A stretch of 64,000 nucleotides of DNA from positions 192,001 through 256,000 of the forward strand of contig CAWFKH010000005.1 in the NCBI GenBank assembly GCA_963816355.1, read 5' to 3'. Positions 52,701-62,456 of this stretch are shown piece by piece. The translations under genes were made by a program, and so were the position numbers. The DNA comes from an uncultured Gemmatimonadales bacterium. Lineage in GTDB: Bacteria; Gemmatimonadota; Gemmatimonadetes; Longimicrobiales; RSA9. Position 1 is the first letter of the stretch; each line of letters begins with the position of its first letter. The notes under the pieces are model-generated. The model was not told the origin of the DNA and ran no database searches. It was given only the letters and a program-made list of their open reading frames with translations.

Positions 52701-54639
52701 CCGCCTTGCTCGCCGGATCCGCGCCGCCCTGCACGGCGGTGAACGCGACGGGATTGGGGCTGAGCGAGATGGTGGGCGGCGGCGGCGCCACGGTGAACGT
52801 AACGGCGACGTCCTGCGGCGAGTTGGTCGCGGCGGCGGAGGCGACGTGCACGGTCGCGGTGTAGGTGCCGGCGACGAGGGCGCCGACGCTCGCGGAGAGC
52901 GTGAGCGTGGAAGGCGCGGTGGTGGAGCTGACGCCGGCAATGAGCCAGCCGGTGGCGCCGGGGCCGTACGCGACGCTGGCGCCGAGGCCGTCGAGCGTGC
53001 TGCCGCCGGCGTTGGTGATCGCGGCGTTCTGGCCCGCGGGGTTGGCGCCGCCCTGGATCGCGTTAAACGTCACGGCGTTCGAGCCGAGCGCAATGGCGGC
53101 GCGGGCAGCGGTCGTGACGACGGCCTCGTTCGAGTAGGAGGAACAGCCGAGGTCGTTGCAGGCGCGCAGGCGGTAGTGGTACTCGGTGGACGCGGCGAGG
53201 CCGGCGTCGGCGTACGAAGTGGTGTTGGGCGCGAGCGCGCCGGCGAGGATGGCGAAGGTGCCGGCCGCGCCGGTCTGGCGCTCGAGCTCGAAGCGCGATT
53301 CCGTCGTGCTGTTGTCCTCCCAGGTCACGGTCGCGTGGTCGAACTCGGTGGAGGTGGCGGCGACGTTGGTGGGCGCGGCCGGCGCGAACGCGGGCTTCGG
53401 CGGCGTGGTGGCGGCGGCCTCGTTGGAGAAGGCGGAGCAGCCGGCGGCGTTGCACGCCTGGACGCGGTAGGCGTACGCGGTCTCCGCGGCGACGGTGCGG
53501 TCGTCGTAGGTCGTGGCGCCGGCGGCGACGGCGTCGGCGATGGCGACCCAGTCGCCGGCGGGGCCGGTCCTGCGCTCGACGCGGAAGTGGTCCTCGTTGC
53601 TGCTGGCGTCGTTCCACAGGAGCGATACCACGTCGGTCGCGATGGCGGAGACGCGGAGGTCGGTGGGCGCGGCGGGCGGGAACGCCTGCGTCGTGGCGGT
53701 CGCCTCGGCGGAGAAGGCGGAGCACGCCTGCGCGCTGCACGCCTGCACGCGGTAGTGGTAGTCGGCGCCGGAGGTGACGCCGATGTCGCTGTACGACGTC
53801 GCGTTCGCCGGGAGCGACGGGGCGATCTCGGTCCACTCGGCGGACGCGCCGGCCCGGCGCTCGACACGGAAGCGGGTCTCGTTGGCGCTGTTGTCGACCC
53901 ACGCGAGGTCGATGCGGCTGGCGGAGACGGCGTGGGCCTGCAGGCCCGAGGGCGCGGCCGGCGCGCCGGTGATCAGCGTCAACGTGACGGCGACGTGCGC
54001 GGCGTCGGCCGCCCCGGCGGAGGCGATGCTCACGGTCGCCTGATACGTGCCCGCCGCCAGAGCGGCGACGGCGGCGCGCAGCGTGAGGACGAGCGGCGTC
54101 GTGGTGCTGCTGAGCGAGGTGCTGAGCCAGCCTCCGGGCTGGCCGGCGCCGTAGTCGATCGAGAGGCTGATGCCGCTCAGCTCGCGGTCGCCGTTGGCCC
54201 TCACGTCGACGGTCTGCGCGGAGGGATCGCCGCCGCCGACGCCCGCGCTGAACGCGACCGCCGCCGGCTGGACGGAGAGCGCGGCGCCGGTGACGGTGAC
54301 GGTCGCGTCCCCGGATACGCCGCCGGACGTCGCGGTGATGACGGTCTGCCCGGCACCGACGCCGCGCACGACGCCCCCGCCGTCGACGCTCGCGATCGCG
54401 GGTGCGCCGCTCGACCAGGAGACGGAGCGGTCGGCGAGGGCGTTGCCGGCGTCGTCGCGCACGATGGCCTGCATCTGCAGCGAGCCGCCGACCTCGACGG
54501 CCGCCGGAGAGGGGCGGAGCTCGATGGCGGCGGCGGCCACCACTTCGGTGACGGTGTCCGTGCAGCCGACGGCGATCGAGATCGCGGCGACGGCCGAGAG
54601 GGCGAGGGCCCGCGGCAGGACCCGGCTCAGAGGATGCAT
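49723..54639 (-). CDS. Large (1638 aa) surface lipoprotein: Ig-like, BACON-like, 3x FN3, then about ten BACON-like repeats
   Basis: Start MHPLSR...IAVGC-TDTVT (ATG 54639); repeats VTNxGGxTL..PTGWL..GTYxAxVxVxS..VTNSPQxxxVTxTV. The ORF-track N-terminal extension is a shadow of upstream genes. Confidence 0.9.
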   Translation of the reverse strand: MHPLSRVLPRALALSAVAAISIAVGCTDTVTEVVAAAAIELRPSPAAVEVGGSLQMQAIVRDDAGNALADRSVSWSSGAPAIASVDGGGVVRGVGAGQTVITATSGGVSGDATVTVTGAALSVQPAAVAFSAGVGGGDPSAQTVDVRANGDRELSGISLSIDYGAGQPGGWLSTSLSSTTTPLVLTLRAAVAALAAGTYQATVSIASAGAADAAHVAVTLTLITGAPAAPSGLQAHAVSASRIDLAWVDNSANETRFRVERRAGASAEWTEIAPSLPANATSYSDIGVTSGADYHYRVQACSAQACSAFSAEATATTQAFPPAAPTDLRVSAIATDVVSLLWNDASSNEDHFRVERRTGPAGDWVAIADAVAAGATTYDDRTVAAETAYAYRVQACNAAGCSAFSNEAAATTPPKPAFAPAAPTNVAATSTEFDHATVTWEDNSTTESRFELERQTGAAGTFAILAGALAPNTTSYADAGLAASTEYHYRLRACNDLGCSSYSNEAVVTTAARAAIALGSNAVTFNAIQGGANPAGQNAAITNAGGSTLDGLGASVAYGPGATGWLIAGVSSTTAPSTLTLSASVGALVAGTYTATVHVASAAATNSPQDVAVTFTVAPPPPTISLSPNPVAFTAVQGGADPASKAASVTNSGGGSLSGLSVGPVSYAGGEPTGWLPAPVLGAGTAPTTVTFSPVTGALSPGTYHASVQVFSTAPNVTNSPAALNVTFQVAPAAPTIAIDPTAIDFTVTKGQPDPATRTVAVTNAGVGTLDNLSTSIVYDAAQPTGWLAAPIGPTTAPATVTLSASAATLDPGTYGATVNVASTATGVTNSPQPIRVTFAVAAPPPTIALAPNPATFSATLGAANPADVVVDVTNSAGFGSVLDGLSLGTIAFDAGETAGWLSANLPGTTAPATITLHANIAALGAGTYHAHVPVQSSAVGVTNSPQTLDVTLTVTQPPPSIALSPNPAAFTAVLGGADPADIPVSVTNGTPLSPTLDGLTISATTYPPGEPTGWLTKTTLAAGTAPTTITLGVTQASASAPLAAGVTYHASLQVFSSATGVTNSPQTLAVTLTLSAPPVIALGAATATFSATAGGANPPPQGIPVTNSGGSTLDKLSVGTITYGASEPTGWLDAAVGSTAPTNVTLTPNIMGLAAGTYHAAVPVASAADGVTNSPQTVDVTLTVNAAPAPSIALASSTAGFGAVETGADPTPQTIAVTNSGTGSLDNLSVGVISYGASQPTGWLLAAVGASAPTDLTLTPSTGALPAGTYTATVPVVSADPGVTNSPQPVAVTFTVTASPVIAISDAAPAFTTSAGANPADQTITVTNGGGSTLDNLSLSAVTYDQPAAAGWLTPTLQATAANPGADITLSVDVVTGAIPAGTYTAHFDVASAANGVANSPQTVDVTLTVNAAPAPTIALASSTAGFGAVETGADPTPQTIAVTNSGTGSLDNLSVGVISYGASQPTGWLLAAVGASAPTDLTLTPSTGALPAGTYTATVPVVSADPGVTNSPQPVAVTFTVTASPVIAISDAAPAFTTSAGANPADQTITVTNGGGSTLDNLSLSAVTYDQPAAAGWLTPTLQATAANPGADITLSVDVVTGAIPAGTYTAHFDVASAANGVANSPQTVDVTLTVN
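49727..51147. repeat. Near-identical 678-bp in-frame tandem duplication
   Basis: The same sequence starts at 49727, 50405 and (partially) 51083; I found only about four substitutions by eye. Confidence 0.93.
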
Positions 54640-54650
54640 CGGCGGACGCT

Positions 54651-55895
54651 TCAGAAGCGCAGTCGGAGGAGACGCAGCCGGACGCCGCCATCGGGGCCGG
54701 CGTCGACGGCGAGCGAGAGCGGCGCGGGCGCGTCGAGCGCGGCGCCGAGGCGCTGGCCCTCCGCGGCGCTGCGCCGCGAGCGCGCGTGGGTGAATCCCTC
54801 GACGGCGGCGATGATGGTCGTCGCGGCCGCCACGCCGACGGCGGGCAGCAGGTAGGGACGTTCCGTCGTCTCGCCGCCCCGCTGGTCGGGGGGGCAGACG
54901 CCGTTCGTCGGCACGCCGAGGCAGCGCACCTTGACGCGCTTCGTGAGCACGCCGAAGGCGACGCCGCCCGCGGCGACGCCGAGCACGAGAACGCCGCCGA
55001 CGGGCCGGCCGGTGCGGAACTGCGCGAGTCCCGGCACGATCAGGCCGCCGAGCAGCACGCCCCCCGGCGCGGGTCCGAGCGCGCCGGGCGTGCGCGGCAG
55101 CACGGCGAGGGGCGGCCGCAGGCGCGCGGCGACGTCGGCGCTGTCGGGCGCGCCGGGCGCCAGCGTGAGGTAGGCGCGGAAGTCGTCGGCGGCGGCCTCC
55201 GTACGGCCGAGGCTGTCTCGCACGACGCCCCGGTCGTAGTACGGCTCCGGCCACTCGGGCGCGCTGCGGATCGCGGCGGTGAAGGCGACGTCGGCGCGAT
55301 CGAGGCGGCCGGCATCGAACGCCGACACGCCGGTGCGGAAGCTCTGCAGCGCGGCGGCGGGCGCGACCGGGCCGGAGCGCGAGGAGAGCGACGTCACGCG
55401 ATCGCGCACGTCCGGCGCGTCGGGGCTCTGCGGCGCGAGCGCGAGGAAGCGGCAATACTGCGCCAGGGCGTCCCGGGCGCTGCCGGCCTGCTCGAGGACG
55501 CGGCCGAGGTGATAGGCGACATCCTCGCTCGTCGGGTCGAGGCGCGCAGCGCGCTGCAGCAGGTCGCGCGCGCCGCCGAGGTCGCCGACGATCGACGCTT
55601 GGGCGGCGGCGTCGGAGAGGCGGCGGGCTTCGGCTGCGTCTCCGGGAGCGGGGGCGGCGGGCCGCGCGCTGTCGGTGGGGCACGCCTCCACCGGCCCGCT
55701 CGAGAGCTGTCGCTTCAGCGGCAGGCTCTGCGCGGCGGCGGGCGTGGCGGCGGCGCCGGCGAACGCCGCGACGAGCGCCACCGCCGCCGCGCCGGCGAGC
55801 GCGCAGGGGCCGGGGCGGCGGGCCCGGCGCGTGCGGCGGGCGCGGCGGGTGCGGCGCGGCGCGGACGCCCCCGAGGCGAAGCTGTGCTGACGCAT
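54651..55895 (-). CDS. Exported TPR protein with C-terminal hydrophobic segments
   Basis: Signal-like AAAVALVAAFAGAAATPAAA-Q; TPR motifs (AARLDP, YCRFLALAP, YLTLAP); PGLAQF..GGVLVLG tail. Confidence 0.85.
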   Translation of the reverse strand: MRQHSFASGASAPRRTRRARRTRRARRPGPCALAGAAAVALVAAFAGAAATPAAAQSLPLKRQLSSGPVEACPTDSARPAAPAPGDAAEARRLSDAAAQASIVGDLGGARDLLQRAARLDPTSEDVAYHLGRVLEQAGSARDALAQYCRFLALAPQSPDAPDVRDRVTSLSSRSGPVAPAAALQSFRTGVSAFDAGRLDRADVAFTAAIRSAPEWPEPYYDRGVVRDSLGRTEAAADDFRAYLTLAPGAPDSADVAARLRPPLAVLPRTPGALGPAPGGVLLGGLIVPGLAQFRTGRPVGGVLVLGVAAGGVAFGVLTKRVKVRCLGVPTNGVCPPDQRGGETTERPYLLPAVGVAAATTIIAAVEGFTHARSRRSAAEGQRLGAALDAPAPLSLAVDAGPDGGVRLRLLRLRF

Positions 55896-55907
55896 GCCGA
55901 CTCTCCG

Positions 55908-58900
55908 CTAACCGCTGCGCCGGGCGGCGCGCACGGGCTGCGCGCGGTCGGCGCGGCTGCCGTCGCCCAGCTGGCCATCGACGTTGTATCCCCAGCAGTA
56001 GTCGACGCCGTCGCCCGTGGTTCCGCAAGTGTGCGCGCCGCTGGAGTAGAGCGCGCCGAAGCGGAGGCCGCCGGCGACGGGGGTCGGCCGCGCGCGATCC
56101 TGCGTCGTGCCGTCGCCGAGCTGGCCGTGGACGTTGCGGCCCCAGCAGTAGGCGACGCCGCTGCGGTCGACGCCGCAGGTGTGGACGCTGCCGGCGACGA
56201 GCCGCGTGAAGCGGAGGTCGCCGGCTACGGGGGTCGGCGCGGCCCGGTTGGCGGTCGTGCCATCGCCGAGCTGGCCGTAGGTGTTCTGGCCCCAGCAGAA
56301 GGCGCGGCCGTCGGCCGCGAGGCCGCACGTGTGGGAGGCGCCGGCGACGATCGCGCTGAAGGTGTGGCCGCCGGCGACGCGGACGGGGCGGTCGGCGTCG
56401 GCCGCGGCGCCGGTGCCGAGCTGGCCGAACGCGTTGCGGCCCCAGCAGTAGGCGTTGCCGGTGGTCGCCAGCGCACAGGTGTGGGACCAGCCAAGCGCGA
56501 GCGCGCGCAGCGGCGGCGCGCCGGCGACGCGGACGGGCGAGGCGTGGTTGCGGCGCGTGCCGTCGCCGAGCTGGCCGTTCACGTTGTTGCCCCAGCAGTA
56601 GCCGGCGCCGTCGTAGTCGATCGCGCACGCGTGGGACGCGCCGACGGCGATCTGCGTCAGGCCGGCGACGCCGTCGAGCTGGACGGGGCGGTCGTGGCGG
56701 GTCGTGCCGCCGTCGCCGAGCTGGCCGTCGCCGTTGGCGCCCCAGCAGTAGCCGGTGCCATCGACGCCGATGCCGCAGGTGAAGGAGAGGCCGGCGGCGA
56801 GGCGGGCGAGCCGCAGGTTTCCCACGACCGCCGACGGCGCCGCGCGACGCGACGCGGAGCCGGTGCCGAGCTGGCCCTGGTCGCCACCGCCCCAGCACGT
56901 CGCGGTGCCGTCGGCTCGCAGGCGGCAGGTGTGCGTGCCGCCCGAGGCGAGGCCGGCGCGCACGGCCAGCGCGGGCGGCGCGGCTTCCGCGCGGATGCGC
57001 ACCGGGCGGGCCCCTTCGGCGACCACGCGCAGCGCGTTCGTTCCGGGCCGGCCGAGGGTCCAACGCGCGCGTGCGACGCCCTGCGCGTCCGTCCTGGCGG
57101 AGGCCGGCGTGACGCGGCCGCCGCCCGCGGCCACGGCGAAGGCGACGTCCGCGCCTTCGACTGGCTGGCCGCCGGCGTCGGCCACGCTGACGGCGACGGG
57201 CCGCTCGAGCCGCTGCCCGGCGACGCCGGCGACCGCGGTGTCGCCGATCACGCGCATGCTGGCGGCGCGCGCCGCGCCACGACTCGCCGTGAACATCGCT
57301 TCGCGCAGGCTCGTCCCCTCTACGAGCGCGATCGCGGCGTCCAGCTGGCCGGCGCGCCCCAGGCGCCACTCCGTGCGCGCCTCGCCGGCGGCGTTCGTGC
57401 GCGCCCGCTCCGGAGACAGCGCCCCCGTACCCGCGACCACTCGGAACACGACGGGGACGCCGCCGACCGGCCGGCCCGACGCGTCGAGCACGCGCACCGT
57501 CAGCGAATCCGGGAGCGGCGCGCCCGCCGCGCCCGCCTGCTGATCGCCGCCGGCCGCCTCGATCCGCGCCGGCACCGCCACGCCGGCGGACGGAGACCCC
57601 GCGCCCGCTGCTTCATCGGGCCGCGGCGCCCCGGCAGGGGTCGCGCTCCCATCTGCGAGCGGCACGTCGCCGGCGGCCACGGCGGCCACGCCGCCTGCGC
57701 TGGCCGCACCGTTCGCGCCGGCCACGCCGTTCGAGACGCCCGCGCCCTCCCCGCCGGACGCGCGATCGCCCACCCCGCCGGAGAAGCGGTCGTCCCCCCC
57801 GCCGGTCGTCCGCGTCATCGCCTCTCCGCTCGAGATCTGGATGGGGCCGCCGCGCGAGTCCGAACCACGCAGGAAGAGCATGCCGGCGGCGACGCCGAGC
57901 GCGCCGAGGACGCCGACCGTCGCGAGCACGCGGGTGCGGCGCCGCCCGCGCGCGAGCCGCGGCACGACGAAGCGCGCACCCACGTCCAGCCGTGCGGTCT
58001 CCTCGCCGCCGTCGTCGTCCCCTCCTTCGGGCTCGAACACGAACGGCGAGAAGATGGTGAGACGGACGACGAGATCGCCGTGCCCCCCTTCGGGACGCGG
58101 CAGGCCCGCGCCGGCGACCCGCACCGTATCGCCGAAGCCGCTGCCGGGCGGCACGTCGAGCAGGACGGAGCCATCGAGCGTCTCGATCTCGCGCGTGCCA
58201 CCCAGAGTGGCCTGGCGCTCCGAGATCGGCAGGTCCATGTACAGATCGGCGCCATCGCGCGCGAAGAGCGGATGTGGCTCGACCTCCACCTCCACCGTGA
58301 CGAGTGGGCCGGCGGCGGCCGAATGATCCCCGCGTCGCGCCTCCACGCGCAGCACCTCGCCGTCCTCCACGCCAGGCGGCAGCGTCACTTCGAGCGGGAG
58401 TAGGCCGGGATCCACGCCGCTCCCGGCGCACGTCCAGCACGCGCGGAACGGGCGCTTCCCGGCGCCGCCGCAGCGCGAGCACACCACCTCGTCCTCCGCG
58501 TCGGGCCCGAGGAGGAAGGCCCGCACGTGACGGACACGGCCCGACCCTCCGCACTCGACGCAGCTCGTGCGCACCGCGCTCGGCACTTCCCCGCTGCCCT
58601 CGCAGTCCGGACACGGAAGCGCAATGCGGTGCCGCCCCCCCGTCTGGACGTCCCTCAGCGTGATGCGGACGGGGATGCGGATCTCTCTCGCGTCGTCGGC
58701 GCTCGGGCGCTCGTCGATGGGCGCCGCCACGAGCGCCGCGTCCGTCGCTGGCGATGGCGGCGAAGCCGGTTCCGACGACGGCTTCGTCGGCCGCGACGAA
58801 GACGCCACCGACTGCGACGAAGACGCCGCGGGCCGCGACGGAGGCGCCGCGGGCCGCGACGGAGACGCCGCCGGCTGCGACGAGGACGCCACCGGCCGCG

Positions 58901-59501
58901 ACGAGGACGCCACCGGCCGCGACGGCGCGCCGGCGGATCGCGCTCGCGACGGCCGCGGCCGCTTGCCGCTGGATCGTGACGGCGTCCCGGGCGATCGCTG
59001 CGCCGGTGCGGTCGCGTCCGCGTCCTCCGCGCGCGCGCCGCCACGCCCTGCGCCGCGAGGCCTGGCGTCGCGCGCGGCCGCAGCGCGGCTCTCGGTGCCC
59101 GGAGGCGCCGCTTCTTCCGGATCCGGGTCGGAGGCCGAGGCACCGGCGTCGCCCCTCGCGGGATGCGCCACGCCGGCGACCGGGCTGGTGAAGCCGCTGA
59201 AGTGCTGCACGAAGAGCGCGAGCGCCGCCGAAACGCTGAGATCCTCCTCGTGCCCGGTGGCGAACTCGTCGATCCCGCGCCAGCCGAAGCGATCGTAGAT
59301 GGCGCGCAGGCGCTCGTCCCGCAGGATTTCGAACGCCTCCGTGGCGAGACGAAACCGCTCTTCCGCGTCGGCCGAGTCGGGATTCAGGTCGGGATGGTAG
59401 CGAAGCGCGACACGCCGGAAGGCCTTCTTGATGGCCTCCGCCGATGCGTCGCGTCGGACGCCGAGCGTCTCGTAGCAGTCGTGCTTCGCAGAAGGGGGCA
59501 T
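55908..59501 (-). CDS. DnaJ (J domain, zinc finger, C-terminal domain)-TM-Ig-like-RCC1 repeat fusion protein
   Basis: YETLGV..IKKAFR..YHPD; four CxxCxGxG motifs; [25 protein letters not shown] helix after RRRTR; two Big_1-like domains; seven CWGxNxxGQLGxG-type repeats. Confidence 0.9.
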   Translation of the reverse strand: MPPSAKHDCYETLGVRRDASAEAIKKAFRRVALRYHPDLNPDSADAEERFRLATEAFEILRDERLRAIYDRFGWRGIDEFATGHEEDLSVSAALALFVQHFSGFTSPVAGVAHPARGDAGASASDPDPEEAAPPGTESRAAAARDARPRGAGRGGARAEDADATAPAQRSPGTPSRSSGKRPRPSRARSAGAPSRPVASSSRPVASSSQPAASPSRPAAPPSRPAASSSQSVASSSRPTKPSSEPASPPSPATDAALVAAPIDERPSADDAREIRIPVRITLRDVQTGGRHRIALPCPDCEGSGEVPSAVRTSCVECGGSGRVRHVRAFLLGPDAEDEVVCSRCGGAGKRPFRACWTCAGSGVDPGLLPLEVTLPPGVEDGEVLRVEARRGDHSAAAGPLVTVEVEVEPHPLFARDGADLYMDLPISERQATLGGTREIETLDGSVLLDVPPGSGFGDTVRVAGAGLPRPEGGHGDLVVRLTIFSPFVFEPEGGDDDGGEETARLDVGARFVVPRLARGRRRTRVLATVGVLGALGVAAGMLFLRGSDSRGGPIQISSGEAMTRTTGGGDDRFSGGVGDRASGGEGAGVSNGVAGANGAASAGGVAAVAAGDVPLADGSATPAGAPRPDEAAGAGSPSAGVAVPARIEAAGGDQQAGAAGAPLPDSLTVRVLDASGRPVGGVPVVFRVVAGTGALSPERARTNAAGEARTEWRLGRAGQLDAAIALVEGTSLREAMFTASRGAARAASMRVIGDTAVAGVAGQRLERPVAVSVADAGGQPVEGADVAFAVAAGGGRVTPASARTDAQGVARARWTLGRPGTNALRVVAEGARPVRIRAEAAPPALAVRAGLASGGTHTCRLRADGTATCWGGGDQGQLGTGSASRRAAPSAVVGNLRLARLAAGLSFTCGIGVDGTGYCWGANGDGQLGDGGTTRHDRPVQLDGVAGLTQIAVGASHACAIDYDGAGYCWGNNVNGQLGDGTRRNHASPVRVAGAPPLRALALGWSHTCALATTGNAYCWGRNAFGQLGTGAAADADRPVRVAGGHTFSAIVAGASHTCGLAADGRAFCWGQNTYGQLGDGTTANRAAPTPVAGDLRFTRLVAGSVHTCGVDRSGVAYCWGRNVHGQLGDGTTQDRARPTPVAGGLRFGALYSSGAHTCGTTGDGVDYCWGYNVDGQLGDGSRADRAQPVRAARRSG

Positions 59502-59645
59502 CCTGGGCTCCCCGCGGGACTGGTGGGAGGCGGCGCCGCTGCGGCGGTTCCCACGACAGGCCAACTCCCTTTACCTCAAATAGATGGGGTATTCTTCAGG
59601 AAGTTAACCCGGCCGTGTAGGCGCACAACCCCCGCGCTTCGTCGG

Positions 59646-59718
59646 GCTGCTCTGCGCGCCGCATCACGCTGCTCTGCGCGCCGCGTCACGCCGCTCTGCG
59701 CACCGCATCACGCTGCTC
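59646..59718. repeat. 22-bp tandem repeat GCTGCTCTGCGCGCCGCATCAC, about 3.3 copies
   Basis: Units at 59646, 59668, 59690. Confidence 0.85.
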
Positions 59719-59747
59719 ACCGCGACGCCGCACCTGACAGACTGCGC

Positions 59748-60092
59748 TCAGATCGTGAGACGGTCGCGGATGTAGCGGCGGGCTCGGCTCGGCCGACGGA
59801 TGTCGGGAGGCTCGTGTCCCGCGAGGCGCTCCCACGTTCCGGCCGCACCGCGCCGCGCGAAGACACGTGCGATCCCGACACCCATTCCGACCACGGCGCC
59901 CCAGGCGAGGGCCGCGGGCCAGTCGGTGAACGGATCCGCCGGATTGCGCGGGGGATCCTCGTGGCGGAACCTCTGCCACCCCTTCTCGAGCACCTGACGC
60001 ACGGCCACTCCGATCACGACAGCCGCCGCCGTAGAGCTCGCCGTCCAGAGCAGCCGCGTCGCGCGGTCGTGGCCGGTCACGAATCGCTTCAT
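59748..60092 (-). CDS. DUF4235-like small membrane protein
   Basis: GAAGGAGG RBS; W....DPPRNP...WPAALAW...RRGAA..W....PP pattern. Confidence 0.75.
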   Translation of the reverse strand: MKRFVTGHDRATRLLWTASSTAAAVVIGVAVRQVLEKGWQRFRHEDPPRNPADPFTDWPAALAWGAVVGMGVGIARVFARRGAAGTWERLAGHEPPDIRRPSRARRYIRDRLTI

Positions 60093-60102
60093 AATGCCTC
60101 CT

Positions 60103-61086
60103 TCACCGGCTGCCCCGTGCCGCAAGCGGAATGCCGCCCCGCTTCCCTGCGCCACGAGTGCGGAGCGGAAGCCAGCGACGGAGCCACGGAATGCGCCCGA
60201 ACGAGGTCGAGGGCGCCCGCCCCAGCACGGCCTTGAGCGAGGACCAGCGAGGCCGGGGTGCCGACGTCAGCTCGAGCAGCGATACCTCCGGTCGCGCGAA
60301 GAGCCGCGCCGGCAGACCGACCGTGCCGACTCCCCGCGAGGTGTACACCTGCGTCCATGGGCGACGCCTCAATCCCTCTTCGTACAGATCGCCATGATCC
60401 GCAGACGTGACCGGCGCACCGAGGATCGGAAGCCTGAGCTGACCTCCGTGCGTATGCCCGCTGAGAACGAGGTCGACGCGGTCGCAGGCCCGGCGGGAGC
60501 GCTCCGCCTGGTCCGGCGAGTGGGCCAGGAGGATCGTGAAGTCGCGCGCCTCGGGTGGCGGTGTCACCAGACGTGGCCGTCCCCGGTAGTAATCGTCGAC
60601 GCCGGCGATGCACAGCCGTGCGCCGTGCACGTCGATCAGCCGGGAACGGTTCGTCAGGTCGTGCATCGTGCGGTGCGCGGAGACGGCGCTCTTCCACCGA
60701 CCGATGCCCACCACGTAATCATGATTCCCCGGCACGGCATACACGCCGAGCGGCGCATCGATCGCGCTCAGCGCATCCATGACGCCGGTGAAGTCCGGCG
60801 CGTCGTCGACGGCGAAGTCCCCGGTGATCGCGACCAGATCCGGATGCTGCGCTCGAGCAAGCTGCGCCGCACGGCGGATGAGAGAGAGCGGTGTCGAGCC
60901 GCCCGCGTGAAGGTCCGTCAGGAGCGCGATACGCAAGCCCTCGAGCGGCTCCGGGAGCGTCGGCGCGTGTATGCGAACACGGCGGAGCTGCAGCCAGCGC
61001 GGCTCGATCGCGAAGGCGTATGTGAGCAGCATCGCCCCCGCCGCGACGGTGGCGCCCACCGCGAGCGCGGCCGAACGGCGTCGCAT
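60103..61086 (-). CDS. Metallophosphoesterase (YkuE-like)
   Basis: IEPRW, TDLH, ITGD, GNHD, LAHSPD, SGHTHGGQ, SRGVG, RPE. Start uncertain. Confidence 0.9.
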   Translation of the reverse strand: MRRRSAALAVGATVAAGAMLLTYAFAIEPRWLQLRRVRIHAPTLPEPLEGLRIALLTDLHAGGSTPLSLIRRAAQLARAQHPDLVAITGDFAVDDAPDFTGVMDALSAIDAPLGVYAVPGNHDYVVGIGRWKSAVSAHRTMHDLTNRSRLIDVHGARLCIAGVDDYYRGRPRLVTPPPEARDFTILLAHSPDQAERSRRACDRVDLVLSGHTHGGQLRLPILGAPVTSADHGDLYEEGLRRRPWTQVYTSRGVGTVGLPARLFARPEVSLLELTSAPRPRWSSLKAVLGRAPSTSFGRIPWLRRWLPLRTRGAGKRGGIPLAARGSR

Positions 61087-61373
61087 GGCGCTTTCCGTCG
61101 GATGCGCGGCGGCGGACGTCGTGTGGCGATCGGATCCCATCGCATTTCGCCCGCGCAAGCGCCGGGCCAGCATGCCGCTCACCAGGACACTCCGCGCACC
61201 GCTGCCAACTTGGCGGCCCGGCGGGCCCGCGCCGAAATGGGCGGCCCCCAGCCGCGCCATGCGGGTGTCCGTTCTCTGCGGTCCGTCCGGCTCTGTTCCG
61301 AGGAAGTGTTGGCTGCATCGGAGACCGTTTCCGCTATTCCGCCGCCCGTCCGCACCCTGCACCCTCTCTCCCC

Positions 61374-62456
61374 ATGAGCAACCCCTCCGACCCCATCGGC
61401 GCTCCGCCCGACGTCGCCCGGGCACGCATCGACGACCGTGCCCTGGACGCTGCCCCGCTCCTCGAGGCTCTTCGCGACCCGCCAGCAGGCGGTCCACTCC
61501 GTTGCCCCCGCTGCGGCTCTCGCCACGTCCAAGGCTGGGGCAGCTTCCGCGGCAGACGACGCTATCGTTGCCCCAACTGCACACGAACCTTCAACGCTCG
61601 CACGGGCACGCCGATCGCCTACGTCAAGAAGCTGCCGCTTCTGGTCGCGTTCGCCCAGGCGCTCCCCGACGGCATGCCGCTCCGTCGTTCCGCAGCTCTT
61701 CTCGGCATTCAGACGAGCACGGCGTTCCGGTGGCGACACAAGCTCCTGACGATGCTGATCGAGCGCCGGCCGTGCACCCTGACCGGCCGCGTCGAGCTTG
61801 ATTCGCACTGGATCGCTCATTCTGAAAAGGGTCGCCAACCCGCCAACCGAGCGCCCCGACGCCGCGGATTGCGACGACCGTGCACCCCCGACCAACTCGG
61901 CGTCGGCCTTCTGTTCGCCGCGGCCAGCGGTGGCGGACGCCTGGCCAGAATCACCGCCAACCCCACCCGACGCTCCTCTCCGCGGATCACGCGAGCGGCT
62001 CTCGACGAACTGCTGCTCCCGGCACTCGAGCGGGGCCGGGAGCTCGAGCAGCTACAAGCGATCGAGCGGCCTCAAGCGATCGAACGGCCTCAAGCGATCG
62101 AGCGGCCCCAAGCGATCGAGCACCCCCAAGCGATCGAGCAGCGCTCGGAGGTACCAAGGAGCCTGCTCACGATCACGGCCGACCACGGCCGCCTCGGCCC
62201 GGCGGCGCTCTTTGCGCGGCGTAACGGACTTCGTTTCGAAGCCGGCCGGCCGGAGCGGCTCCGCCAGGCTCTCGCCGGCGGTCGCACCGTGCACGGCTAT
62301 CGACGACGCTTCATGACCTGGATGCGGCGATTCCGCGGCGTCGCCTCACGTTATCTGGAAGGATACCTGGAATGGCATCGCTGTCTTGAGTCGGAAGGCC
62401 GCCGGGACGCGGCCCAGGTGGGGCGAAGCCCACCCGAGCAATGCGGCTTGGGCTGA
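61374..62456 (+). CDS. IS1595-family transposase-like protein
   Basis: Zinc ribbon CPRC..RYRCPNC..TFNARTGTP, HTH ending TAFRWRHKLL, GRVELD...SEKG, WMRRFRGVASRYL; QAIERP-type repeat x5 inserted. Confidence 0.8.
   Translation: MSNPSDPIGAPPDVARARIDDRALDAAPLLEALRDPPAGGPLRCPRCGSRHVQGWGSFRGRRRYRCPNCTRTFNARTGTPIAYVKKLPLLVAFAQALPDGMPLRRSAALLGIQTSTAFRWRHKLLTMLIERRPCTLTGRVELDSHWIAHSEKGRQPANRAPRRRGLRRPCTPDQLGVGLLFAAASGGGRLARITANPTRRSSPRITRAALDELLLPALERGRELEQLQAIERPQAIERPQAIERPQAIEHPQAIEQRSEVPRSLLTITADHGRLGPAALFARRNGLRFEAGRPERLRQALAGGRTVHGYRRRFMTWMRRFRGVASRYLEGYLEWHRCLESEGRRDAAQVGRSPPEQCGLG
62055..62141. repeat. 18-bp tandem repeat CAAGCGATCGAGCGGCCT, about 5 copies, in frame
   Basis: Direct inspection. 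Confidence 0.9.

Noticed and set aside
49723..57369. 2548-aa ORF as listed in the track
   Set aside because: The first roughly 900 aa are an Arg/Pro-rich off-frame reading of the RCC1 and TPR genes; the real start is ATG 54639 with a lipoprotein signal.
54786..58403. 1205-aa + strand ORF
   Set aside because: Antisense shadow of the TPR and RCC1 genes with no recognisable domain.
59502..59645. CIRCE heat-shock operator upstream of the DnaJ fusion
   Set aside because: The region is AT-richer and promoter-like, but TTAGCACTC-N9-GAGTGCTAA is not present.
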